A stretch of DNA of 64,000 nt, taken from Eledone cirrhosa. Taxonomy: Eukaryota. The translations under genes and the position numbers were made by a program. The notes beneath the pieces are model-generated. The model was not told the DNA's origin and ran no database searches. It was given only the letters and a program-made list of their open reading frames with translations. Shown in pieces: positions 31,301 to 43,567 of the stretch. The stretch spans positions 37,200,001 to 37,264,000 of the forward strand of contig OZ024747.1 of assembly GCA_964016885.1 (NCBI GenBank), in the 5' to 3' direction. The first letter of the stretch is position 1; the number at the start of each line of letters is the position of its first letter.

Positions 31301-34300
31301 CTACTGCTGCTGGTGGTGATGGTGACTATAATGGTCGTGGTGTCGCTACTGCTGCTGGTGGTGGTGGTGACTATAATGGTGGTGGTGTTGCTACTGCTGC
31401 TGGTGGTGATGGTGACTATAATGGTGGTGGTGTTGCTACTGCTGCTGGTGGTGATGGTGGTGACTATAATGGTCGTGGTGTCGTTACTGCTGCTGGTGGT
31501 GATGGTGGTGACTATAATGATGGTGGTGTTGCTACTGCTGCTGCTGGTGATGGTGGTGACTATAATGGTGGTGGTGTTGCTACTGCTGCTGCTGGTGGTG
31601 GTGACTATAATGGTGGTGGTGTTGCTACTGCTGCTGGTGGTGATGGTGGTGACTATAATGGTGGTGGTGTCGCTACTGCTGCTGGTGGTGATGGTGACTA
31701 TAATGGTGGTGGTGTTGCTACTGCTGCTGGTGGTGATGGTGACTATAATGGTGGTGGTGTTGCTACTGCTGCTGCTGGTGGTGGTGGTGACTATAATGGT
31801 GGTGGTGTTGCTACTGCTGCTGGTGGTGATGGTGACTATAATGGTGGTGGTGTTACTACTGCTGCTGGTGGTGATGGTGGTGACTATAATGGTGGTGGTG
31901 TTGCTACTGCTGCTGGTGGTGGTGGTGGTGACTATAATGGAGGTGGTGTTGCTACTGCTGCTGGTGGTGGTGATGGTGACTATAATGGTGGTGGTGTTAC
32001 TACTGCTGCTGGTGGTGATGGTGGTGACTATAATGGTGGTGGTGTTGCTACTGCTGCTGGTGGTGATGGTGGTGACTATAAATGTGGTGGTGTCGCTACT
32101 GCTGCTGGTGGTGATGGTGACTATAATGGTGGTGGTGTTGCTACTGCTGCTGGTGGTGATGGTGACTATAATGGAGGTGGTGTTGCTACTGCTGCTGGTG
32201 GTGATGGTGACTATAATGGTGGTGGTGTTGCTACTGCTGCTGGTGGTGATGGTGGTGACTATAATGGTGGTGGTGTCGCTACTGCTGGTGGTGGTGGTGG
32301 TGACTATAATGGTGGTGGTGTCGCTACTGCTGGTGGTGGTGGTGGGGACTATAATGGTGGTGGTGTCGCTACTGCTGGTGGTGGTGGTGGTGACTATAAT
32401 GGTGGTGGTGTCGCTACTGCTGGTGGTGGTGGTGGTGACTATAATGGTGGGGGTGTTGCTACTGCTGCTGGTGGTGATGGTGGTGACTATAATGATCGTG
32501 GTGTTGCTACTCTGCTGCTGGTGATGGTGGTGACTATAATGGTGGAGGTGTTGCTACTGCTGCTGGTGGTGGTGGTGACTATAATGGTGGTGGTGTCGCT
32601 ACTGCTGCTGGTGGTGGTGGTGACTATAATGGTGGTGGTGTTGCTACTGCTGCTGGTGGTGATGGTGCCTATAATGGTAGAGGTGTTGCTACTGCTGCTG
32701 GTGGTGATGGTGACTATAATGGTGGTGGTGGTGGTGCTACTGCTGCTGGTGGTGATGGTGACTATAATGGTGGTGGTGTTGCTACTGCTGCTGGTGGTGG
32801 TGGTGGTGACTATAATGGTGGTGGTGTTGCTACTGCTGCTTGTGGTGGTGGTGATGGTGGTGACTATAATGGTGGTGGTGTTGCTACTGCTGCTGGTGGT
32901 GATGGTGGTGACTATAATGGTCGTGGTGTCGTTACTGCTGCTGGTGGTGATGGTGGTGACTATAATGATGGTGGTGTTGCTACTGCTGCTGCTGGTGATG
33001 GTGGTGACTATAATGGTGGTGGTGTTGCTACTGCTGCTGCTGGTGGTGGTGACTATAATGGTGGTGGTGTTGCTACTGCTGCTGGTGGTGATGGTGGTGA
33101 CTATAATGGTGGTGGTGTCGCTACTGCTGCTGGTGGTGATGGTGACTATAATGGTGGTGGTGTTGCTACTGCTGCTGGTGGTGATGGTGACTATAATGGT
33201 GGTGGTGTTGCTACTGCTGCTGCTGGTGGTGGTGGTGACTATAATGGTGGTGGTGTTGCTACTGCTGCTGGTGGTGATGGTGACTATAATGGTGGTGGTG
33301 TTACTACTGCTGCTGGTGGTGATGGTGGTGACTATAATGGTGGTGGTGTTGCTACTGCTGCTGGTGGTGGTGGTGGTGACTATAATGGAGGTGGTGTTGC
33401 TACTGCTGCTGGTGGTGGTGATGGTGACTATAATGGTGGTGGTGTTACTACTGCTGCTGGTGGTGATGGTGGTGACTATAATGGTGGTGGTGTTGCTACT
33501 GCTGCTGGTGGTGATGGTGGTGACTATAAATGTGGTGGTGTCGCTACTGCTGCTGGTGGTGATGGTGACTATAATGGTGGTGGTGTTGCTACTGCTGCTG
33601 GTGGTGATGGTGACTATAATGGAGGTGGTGTTGCTACTGCTGCTGGTGGTGATGGTGACTATAATGGTGGTGGTGTTGCTACTGCTGCTGGTGGTGATGG
33701 TGGTGACTATAATGGTGGTGGTGTCGCTACTGCTGGTGGTGGTGGTGGTGACTATAATGGTGGTGGTGTCGCTACTGCTGGTGGTGGTGGTGGGGACTAT
33801 AATGGTGGTGGTGTCGCTACTGCTGGTGGTGGTGGTGGTGACTATAATGGTGGTGGTGTCGCTACTGCTGGTGGTGGTGGTGGTGACTATAATGGTGGGG
33901 GTGTTGCTACTGCTGCTGGTGGTGATGGTGGTGACTATAATGATCGTGGTGTTGCTACTCTGCTGCTGGTGATGGTGGTGACTATAATGGTGGAGGTGTT
34001 GCTACTGCTGCTGGTGGTGGTGGTGACTATAATGGTGGTGGTGTCGCTACTGCTGCTGGTGGTGGTGGTGACTATAATGGTGGTGGTGTTGCTACTGCTG
34101 CTGGTGGTGATGGTGCCTATAATGGTAGAGGTGTTGCTACTGCTGCTGGTGGTGATGGTGACTATAATGGTGGTGGTGGTGGTGCTACTGCTGCTGGTGG
34201 TGATGGTGACTATAATGGTGGTGGTGTTGCTACTGCTGCTGGTGGTGGTGGTGGTGACTATAATGGTGGTGGTGTTGCTACTGCTGCTTGTGGTGGTGGT

Positions 34301-37300
34301 GATGGTGGTGACTATAATGGTGGTGGTGTTGCTACGGCTGCTGCTGGTGGTGACTATAATGGTGGTGGTGTTGCTACTGCTGCTGGTGGTGGTGGTGGTG
34401 TTGCTACTGCTGGTGGTGGTGGTGGTGACTATAATGGTGGTGGTGTTGCTACTGCTGCTGCTGGTGGTGGTGGTGACTATAATTGTGGTGGTGTTGCTAC
34501 TGCTGCTGGTGGTGATGGTGACTATAATGGTGGTGGTGTCGCTACTGCTGCTGGTGGTGGTGGTGACTATAATGGTGGTGTTGTTACTGCTGCTGCTGGT
34601 GGTGGTGGTGACTATAATGGTGGTGGTGTTGCTACTGCAGCTGGTGGTGCTGGTGACTATAATGGTGGTGGTGTTGCTACTGCTGCTGGTGGTGATGGTC
34701 ACTATAATGGTGGTGGTGTTGCTACTGCTGCTGCTGGTGGTGGTGGTGACTATAATGGTGGTGGTGTTGCTACTGCTGCTGGTGGTGATGGTGACTATAA
34801 TGGTGGTGGTGTTGCTACTGCTGCTGCTGGTGGTGGTGGTGACTATAATGGTGGTGGTGTTGCTACTGCTGCTGCTGGTGATGGTGACTATAATGGTGGT
34901 GGTGTTGCTACTGCTGCTGCTGGTGATGGTGACTATAATGGTGGTGGTGTCGCTACTGCTGCTGGTGGTGGTGGTGACTATAATGGTGGTGGTGTTGCTA
35001 CTGCTGCTGCTGGTGGTGGTGGTGACTATAATGGTGGTGGTGTTGCTACTGCTGCTGCTGGTGATGGTGACTATAATGGTGGTGGTGTCGCTACTGCTGC
35101 TGGTGGTGGTGGTGACTATAATGGTGGTGGTGTTGCTACTGCTGCTGCTGGTGGTGGTGGTGACTATAATGGTGGTGGTGTTGCTACTGCTGCTGCTGGT
35201 GGTGGTGGTGACTATAATGGTGGTGGTGTTGCTACTGCTGCTGCTGGTGATGGTGACTATAATGGTGGTGGTGTTGCTACTGCTGCTGCTGGTGGTGGTG
35301 GTGACTATAATGGTGGTGCTGTTGCTACTGCTGCTGCTGGTGGTGGTGGTTTTGCTACTGCTGCTGGTGGTGATGGTGACTATAATGGTGGTGGTGTTGC
35401 TACTGCTGCTGGTGGTGATGGTGGTGACTATAATGGGGGTGGTGTCGCTACTGCTGCTGGTGGTGGTGGTGACTATAATGGTGGTGGTGTTGCTACTGCT
35501 GCTGGTGGTGATGGTGACTATAATGGTGGTGGTGTTGCTACTGCTGCTGCTGGTGGTGGTGGTGACTATAATGGTGGTGTTGTTGCTACTGCTGCTGTTG
35601 GTGGTGGTGACTATAATGGTGGTGGTGTTGCTACTGCTGCTGGTGGTGATGGTGGTGACTATAATGGTGGTGCTGTTGCTACTGCTGCTGCTGGTGGTGG
35701 TGGTTTTGCTACTGATGCTGGTGGTGATGGTGACTATAATGGTGGTGGTGTTGCTACTGCTGCTGGTGGTGATGGTGGTGACTATAATGGGGGTGGTGTC
35801 GCTACTGCTGGTGGTGTTGGTGGTGGTGACTATAATGGTGGTGGTGTTGCTACTGCTGGTGGTGATGGTGGTGACTATAATGGGGGTGGTGTCGCTACTG
35901 CTGCTGGTGGTGATGGTGGTGACTATAATGGGGGTGGTGTCGCTACTGCTGGTGGTGTTGGTTGTGGTGACTATAATGGGGGTGGTGTCGCTACTGCTGG
36001 TGGTGTTGGTGGTGGTGACTATAATGGTGGTGGTGTTGCTACTGCTGCTGGTGGTGATGGTGGTGATGGTGGTGGTGTTGCTACTGCTGCTGGTGGTGAT
36101 GGTGACTATAATGGTGGTGGTGTTGCTACTGCTGCTGGTGGTGATGGTGACTATAATGGAGGTGGTGTTGCTACTGCTGCTGGTGGTGATGGTGGTGATG
36201 GTGGTGGTGTCGCTACTGCTGCTAGTGGTGATGGTGACTATAATGGTGGTGGTGTTGCTACTGCTGCTGGTGGTGATGGTGACTATAATGGAGGTGGTGT
36301 TGCTACTGCTGCTGGTGGTGATGGTGACTATAATGGTGGTGGTGTTGCTACTGCTGCTGGTGGTGATGGTGGTGACTATAATGGTGGTGGTGTTGCTACT
36401 GCTGCTGGCGGTGATGGTGGTGACTATAATGGTGGTGGTGTTGCTACTGCTGGTGGTGTTGGTGGTGGTGACTATAATGGTGGTGGTGTTGCTACTGCTG
36501 CTGGTGGTGATGGTGGTGACTATAATGGGGGTGGTGTCGCTACTGCTGGTGGTGTTGGTGGTGGTGACTATAATGGTGGTGGTGTTGCTACTGCTGCTGG
36601 TGGTGATGGTGGTGATGGTGGTGGTGTTGCTACTGCTGCTGGTGGTGATGGTGACTATAATGGAGGTGGTGTTGCTACTGCTGCTGGTGGTGATGGTGAC
36701 TATAATGGTGGTGGTGTTGCTACTGCTGCTGCTGGTGGTGATGGTGGTGACTATAATGATCGTGGTGTTGCTACTGCTGCTGGTGGTGATGGTGGTGATG
36801 GTGGTGGTGTTGCTACTGCTGCTGCTGGTGGTGGTGGTGTTGCTACTGCTGCTGGTGGTGATGGTGACTATAATGGAGGTGGTGTTGCTACTGCTGCTGG
36901 TGGTGATGGTGACTATAATGGTGGTGGTGTTGCTACTGCTGCTGGTGGTGATGGTGGTGACTATAATGGTCGTGGTGTCGTTACTGCTGCTGCTGGTGGT
37001 GGTGGTGACTATAATGGTGGAGGTGTTGCTACTGCTGGTGGTGGTGGTGGTGGTGACTATAATGGTGGTGGTGTTGCTACTGCTGCTGGTGGTGATGTTG
37101 ACTATTATGGTGGAGGTGTTGCTACTGCTGCTGGTGGTGATGGTGACTATAATGGTGGTGGTGTTGCTACTGCTGCTGCTGGTGGTGGTGGTGTTGCTAC
37201 TGCTGCTGGTGGTGATGGTGACTATAATGGTGGTGGTGTTGCTACTGCTGCTGGTGGTGATGGTGACTATAATGGTGGTGGTGTTGCTGCTGCTGCTGGT

Positions 37301-37620
37301 GGTGATGGTGACTATAATGGTGGTGGTGTTGCTACTGCTGCTGGTGGTGATGGTGACTATAATGGTGGTGGTGTTGCTACTGCTGTTGGTGGTGGTGTTG
37401 ACTATCATGGTGGAAGTGTTGCTACTGCTGCTGGTGGTGATGGTGACTATAATGGTGGTGGTGTTGCTACTGCTGTTGGTGGTGGTGTTGACTATCATGG
37501 TGGAAGTGTTGCTACTGCTGCTGGTGGTGGTGGTGACTATAATGGTGGTGGTGTTGCTACTGCTGCTGCTGGTGGTGATGGTGACTATAATGGTGGTGTT
37601 GCTACTGCTGTTGTTAGTGA
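28319..37620. repeat. Minisatellite, variable ~33-45 bp unit (GGT)nGACTATAAT(GGT)nGTTGCTACT(GCT)n; first ~680 bp inverted
   Basis: Well over 200 units; 28319-29000 reads as the reverse complement (ATTATAGTC). Confidence 0.97.
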
Positions 37621-37627
37621 TGATATA

Positions 37628-38335
37628 TAACAACAATAACAACAACAACAATAACAACCACAACAACAACAACCTCAACAACAACAACAATAACAACAAC
37701 AATAAGAACCTCAACAACAACAACAATAACAACAACAATAACAACCTCAACAACAACAACAACAACAACCTCAACAACAACAACAACAACAACAATAACA
37801 ACAATAACAACCTCAACAACAACAACAACAACAACAACCTCAACAATAACAACAACAATAACAACAATAACAACAATAACAACCTCAACAACAACAACAA
37901 CAATAACAACAACAATAACAACGTCAACAACAACTACAAACTCAACAACAACAACAATAACAACAATAACAACAATAACAACCTTAACAACATCAACAAC
38001 AATAACAACAACAATAACAACCTCAACAACAATAACAACAACAACAACAACAACAATAACAACAACAGTAACAACCTCAACAATAACAACAACAATAACA
38101 ACCTCAACAACAATAATAACAACAACAACAACAACAACAACAATAACAACAACAATAACAACAACAATAACGACCTCAACAATAACAACCTCAACAATAA
38201 CAACCTCAACAACAACAACAGTAACAACCTCAACAATAACAACAACAATAACAACAACAATAACAACCTCAACAACAACAGTAACAACCTCAACAACAGC
38301 ATCAACAACAACTACAACAACAACAACAACAACGA
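37628..38335. repeat. (AAC/AAT)n tract punctuated by CTC
   Basis: Directly visible. Confidence 0.95.
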
Positions 38336-38551
38336 GAAGTACAATAGAAACTTGGAGGTGAAATAATTCGTATGTAGTTATTCCAAAGTTGGCTGACATC
38401 CAGCAAATCTATGATCAAACAGGTTCCACCCTTCATCAATACGTTTTTGGTTTTGTTTTTATTCAAGCATGGTGTGCGTGGTGGATGCTCCGTAGGTTTC
38501 GACGATGGTTATATTTAGTTGTTCGATCAACTAAACTCTAATATCAATAAT

Positions 38552-38698
38552 TGTTTCTACTTTTTGGCACAAGGCCAGCAATTATCCCAGTGCATTACTG
38601 GTACTTTATTTCATCAACCCCGTAAGGATGAAAGGTAAAGTTAACCTCGGCGGGATTTGAACTCAGAATGGCGTCCGACTCTCTAGCGATACTGCCAA
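38552..38698 (-). mobile_element. SINE copy with 9-bp target-site duplication
   Basis: Same family as 10578; ATCAATAAT at 38543-38551 and 38699-38707. Confidence 0.85.
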
Positions 38699-39277
38699 AT
38701 CAATAATACTCCCTCGATTTCCATCTATAATTGTACCATTCTATTCCAGTCGCCCCTTGAATGCTAATTGCCTTTGAATTCATTAGTTTATTTGTGCAAC
38801 CAGGCTATAACAATTTGCTCTTCAATTAGATCAAATCTGACTCGCTTTTTCCACCACATATGTTTTTGCAAGCATCCTGGAAAATGTTTGATAAATTTTG
38901 TTCGAAATACATTTTTTTTTATAAAGGAACACGTTTAGAATAAAATGATTTATTCTAGAATTAGCTTCAATGTATATAAGAAGAGATCTTTGCACGTGAA
39001 CATGCGTTGTTATTTGTGAGAAGTTTTCTTTATATATTATTTCAAGACTCACATACATTAATGGAAAGGTCGTGTTGTTACCCTCCTTTTAGCATTCTTC
39101 TAAGTATTTACTTTGTAAACTTCATGGTTAATTTGTTAAACATTTGAAGCTTCCTCATTACTTTTAACCCTAATCTCGCTTCTTTATTTGAAGAATTTTA
39201 TTTCGTATTTTTTTCATATTTCCTTACACACACGAATGTTTTGTTGTTTTTTTTCATATTTTTTACGCTTGCTAAGA

Positions 39278-39422
39278 TAGCAGCGACTTGGCAGAGTCGG
39301 ATAGAATGCTTTGCAGTTTTATTTCGGCTCTCTACACTTTGCGTTCAAATCCCACCGAAGTCAACCTTGCCTTTTATCCATTCGAGGTCGAGAAAAACTA
39401 CCAGATTAGTACTGGGGCCGAT
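39278..39422 (+). mobile_element. Diverged partial SINE
   Basis: TGGCAGAGTCGG..GTTCAAATCCCACCGAAGTCAACCTTGCCTTTTATCC. Confidence 0.7.
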
Positions 39423-39758
39423 TCTTTCTCTATATCTCTTTCTCACTGCCCTTCTCTCTCTCTATATATATATATATATATGGATCCTTCTCTGGGACAA
39501 GTATGTTGTATTCAGATCTGGCGTGGAGAAAGGCTCCACCAGGTTTTTAAATGACCTAGAAACTCTGTATATGGCACCCATACGACTCCTACTGGAGTTA
39601 CCGGACAAATAGGAAGTAATTACTCGCTAAGATTTCTCGTCTGTACACACACTTTTCTATATTTGATTGCATATACGTGATCCATGCATCTTATACATTT
39701 TATTTCTACTTTTGTTTTCCTTACATAAATTTACATTGCATATGTCATTATTTTACAA

Positions 39759-39924
39759 GGTAGAGGGTCGGACGCCATGCTTTGATGCATTGAGTTACGG
39801 TCCTTGCCATTCTGAATTCAAATCCCGCCGAGGTTAACTTTGCCTTTCATCCTTACAGGGTCAATAAAATAAAGTAATAGTAATACACTGGATAATTGCT
39901 GGCCTTGTGCCAAAAGTAGAAACA
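39759..39924 (+). mobile_element. 5'-truncated SINE with 12-bp target-site duplication
   Basis: ATTATTTTACAA at 39747-39758 and 39925-39936. Confidence 0.85.
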
Positions 39925-40069
39925 ATTATTTTACAATTCTCTGTTTCCCTTTATCTTGTCTTCTCATCTTATTTTGTTACATCGGTTATATTGTCAAACA
40001 ATAAGATTATTTTGTTTTAATAGTAACCGATCGCTTGGACTTTGAAGCGCTGAGAATATGGATATATAT

Positions 40070-40314
40070 GTATAAAGGATGATGTGCTCACGCACAAATA
40101 TGCTATGAAATAGCTTATAAAATAGGGTGAAGACCCTTAAAGACAAAAAGAAAGTTGCCATCGGCCGTTATGAGGAGTTGAACACCATATCTATCACCCG
40201 GTATCTGAGAGATATGAGGCTCAATTCCTCATATCGGCCGTCTTTAGGGATCGTCACTCTATTTTATAATCTATTTTAAAGCATCTCTGCGCATGAGCCC
40301 ATCATCTTTTATAC
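40070..40314. repeat. Imperfect ~245 bp foldback (MITE-like)
   Basis: Nested arms GTATAAAGGATGATG/CATCATCTTTTATAC, TTATAAAATAGGGTGA/TCACTCTATTTTATAA, CGGCCGTTATGAGGA/TCCTCATATCGGCCG. Confidence 0.8.
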
Positions 40315-40486
40315 TTATCAATCATATTCGATTCTAGCTGGTCTAGCTATTCAAATATTGTAACTGTATGGCATTTAAATGAATTTCTTATACTTCATTT
40401 TTCGTAATCCTCCGAAGATCGGAAGCGAGAAACTAAACTTCGTAATCACACAGTCAATACAAATATGCATACATAGAAACAAAAGT

Positions 40487-40521
<35 letters not shown>

Positions 40522-42523
40522 AGATATTTTGAAAGCTGTAAAGTTTAAAATGTCAATATTTATTTCTAGCTATCACCTTTTATTAGAATTTAAATTTTCT
40601 GAACCATTAGTATAATCTTATGAAGGCTAACGTTTAAGTGTATTTGTCGGGAGTAGGTTTTAGCACGCGTGTTAGTTTGTGCGCGGGTTAGTATGTATGC
40701 TTGAGTGTGTGTTTGCCTGTTTGAGTGTGTGTTTACATGTTTTCTTTCTGGGTACATTTGCAAGTAAACGTATATATCCATGTATGCATTTCTCTGTGAA
40801 TGGGTATTTGCGTGATATATATGTGCTTCTGTATGTTTTATTTAAGCATCATATTTGTTACAGGTCAATCGTCGTTTGCGATCAGATGACCTGTTCTTAA
40901 CCGGGTTTGAACTAAGAATTTTTATTTCAAACGCTCGGAGATTTATAATATCCTACGCAATATCTAATCTTAAATTTATTCTGTTGCCAAGAAAATAACT
41001 AAATGAATACAGATGTTGAGATAGGGTCTAAAGACCATATATGTTATAGGAAATTTTGATTTCTAACCAAAACAACGCAAGGTCACATATTTACATGCGT
41101 GGGACAATGAGACGGTGAAGCATTTGTGCTTTTCTCAAGAACATTTTAAACAAAACAGGAAAGATGAAGAGAATGAAAGACAAGGAAAGAGAAAAGAATG
41201 GAGGTGAAATGAAGAGAAGAAAGCAGAGTGGCTGAGGTCAGAGGAATAGAAAATATGAAGATAGAGACGGAAAATCAATAATTCTTATAACATTTATTTT
41301 GTTCCTTGTAAAAATTGAAATCTAACTGTATTTCCATTTTTATTGCTTTCTTTACACTGACATAAAATTGATGTACTACCACACACATTTACTCACAAAA
41401 CACGTGGAAGTATCGTACATATGCAGTAAATATATACACGTATGTAGACGCATAGACATACACACATACAACACACTAAATTTTCCCCTTCGAAATGCCA
41501 TGAAATGTTTCGCTAATGTCTCTGCATATATAAATAATGCTGTATACATACATGGGTATACACCCACACGTTGTTTTATTTAGACTGAACTCTGTTACCC
41601 AAAAATAAAATCAATTTTTTTAATGGATGCACACGTTACTAATTGTTGCATAGATGGCATGAAAACATCGGAATAATGGATGAGATGCAGCTAGAATAAT
41701 GCACCTGGTGCTGCGTGTGTATGTATGTGGGAGAGAAAGATCTCTGGTAGTGACCCACTTACGTTACGTTTGGCAAGAGTTTCTTCAATCTTTTCATTTA
41801 CTGAGAATCTGTGATATAAATGATAAATTGTGATACAATGATAAAAAATATAGTCTATTAATATAATTTTACTCCGTTTTCACACATCTTTAATCGCACT
41901 GTTTGTACACATATGTTATATGAAAAACAAATTCATATACATATATATATATTTATATATATAAAATTTTAGTAAGTAAGTTAATTTTTAATTTTTAAAA
42001 TTTTCTTATTTTACGTCTTTCATATAATTGTTCTGCATCCCCCTGCATAGAACCACCTAGGTACTATGACATAACTTATGTATTTGCTAGCATTAGTGTA
42101 CATCTGTACGCATATTGTTGGTAAATATACTAATTCTATATATATATATATATTCAAAAGGCAAAAAGAAATAACAAAGCAAACGACATAGTACAATGAA
42201 GAAATGTATTATTAATACAACGGGAGGAAACATAATAGCACCTCTGACGATGTTGCAGATGTGCAACGAAAGAACTTTGTTAGACTATATATATGTGTTT
42301 GTGTCTATATTATATCTGTATTTTTGACCGTTGGTCAGTCAATGGTAACATTGAGGACCGAATAAATTAAATTAACCGATATAAAAGACACAGAAGCGAA
42401 AACCAACCAAACAGTGAGTGTGTTCTGTATTAATTCTGGCAATATTATTACACAAATATGACCCTCCCCAAGTATAACAATATTTGTTTCGACACACGAT
42501 TTCATATAAAAAAACTCGCAAAA

Positions 42524-42588
<65 letters not shown>

Positions 42589-42590
<2 letters not shown>

Positions 42591-43500
42591 TAGATTGAGT
42601 GAGAAACTCAAAATAGTCTTTTACAATTAAAGAGCTCAAAGAAAGGAATCTTTCCGGGCCGTGTAATATAATTGGATATATGAGAGGGATGAACACCGAT
42701 ATAGGTATACATGTGTTCCAATTGCAAATGACCAAGTTAGCTAGGTTGAAAAGATACTAATTTAAAACAATATGGTATGCCTGACTCGATTTAAAGTAAT
42801 AAATCAATAAAAATAACAAACCTATATCGAACAATAGCCTTTGATACCCGGCAAGAATTATTAAGTGAAAGCCAGAATTCCTGTGCCCAGGCAAACCATA
42901 TTGTTTTAAATTAGTATTTTTTCAACCTAGCTAACTTGGTCATTTGCAATTGGAACACATGTATACTTGTATCTGTATTCATCCCTCTCATATATTCAAT
43001 TATATTACACGGCTCGGAAAGATTCCCTTCTTTGAGCTATTTAATTGTAAAAGACTATTTTGAGTTTCTAACTCAATCTATGATATTCTCAGCTCCTTAC
43101 GTAGAGCTAACTTTAGTCTCATAAACCTAGCTGCTATTTTTAGCGGCATGACTATGAGACACGCTAGGCGCTGCGACATGTGCGTTTATATCAGCATATC
43201 GTTCAGTCCTCTTAGATCCTTTGAAGTGAAAGGTACGAATTTTCCTGGATTCTCGCAGATGAGCACAGGATTTCTGGCATTCACTTAATAATTCTTGCGA
43301 AACAGATTTTGGTCTGTCCGGGTATCAAAGGCTATTGCCCGATATAGGTTTGTTATTTTTATTGATTTATTACTTTAAATCGAGTCTGGCAAACCATATT
43401 GTTTTAAATTAGTATTTTTTCAACCTAGCTAACTTGGTCATTTGCAATTGGACCACATGTATACTTGTATCTGTGTTCATCCCTCTCATATATCCAATTA
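42589..43500 (+). mobile_element. Retrozyme- or Penelope-pLTR-like partial tandem unit (~495 bp) with inverted 5' copy
   Basis: 42890-43005 repeated at 43388-43500; 42589-42885 is an inverted copy; hammerhead-like fold at 43248-43326; flanked by (TA)n. Confidence 0.65.
43248..43326 (+). ncRNA. Type I hammerhead-like fold with mutated core (CAGATGA)
   Basis: Stem I GATTCTCG/CGGGTATC; stem II GCACAGGA/TTCTTGC; GAAA; stem III ACAGA/TCTGT; GTC site. Confidence 0.6.
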
Positions 43501-43503
43501 TAT

Positions 43504-43567
<64 letters not shown>

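Noticed and set aside
28319-37620. CRISPR array or bacterial -10 boxes (TATAAT)
   Set aside because: No unique spacers or cas genes; eukaryotic context
29012-38366. Giant Val/Leu and Thr/Ser ORFs as real genes
   Set aside because: By-products of a stop-free trinucleotide repeat; no unique domain or gene structure
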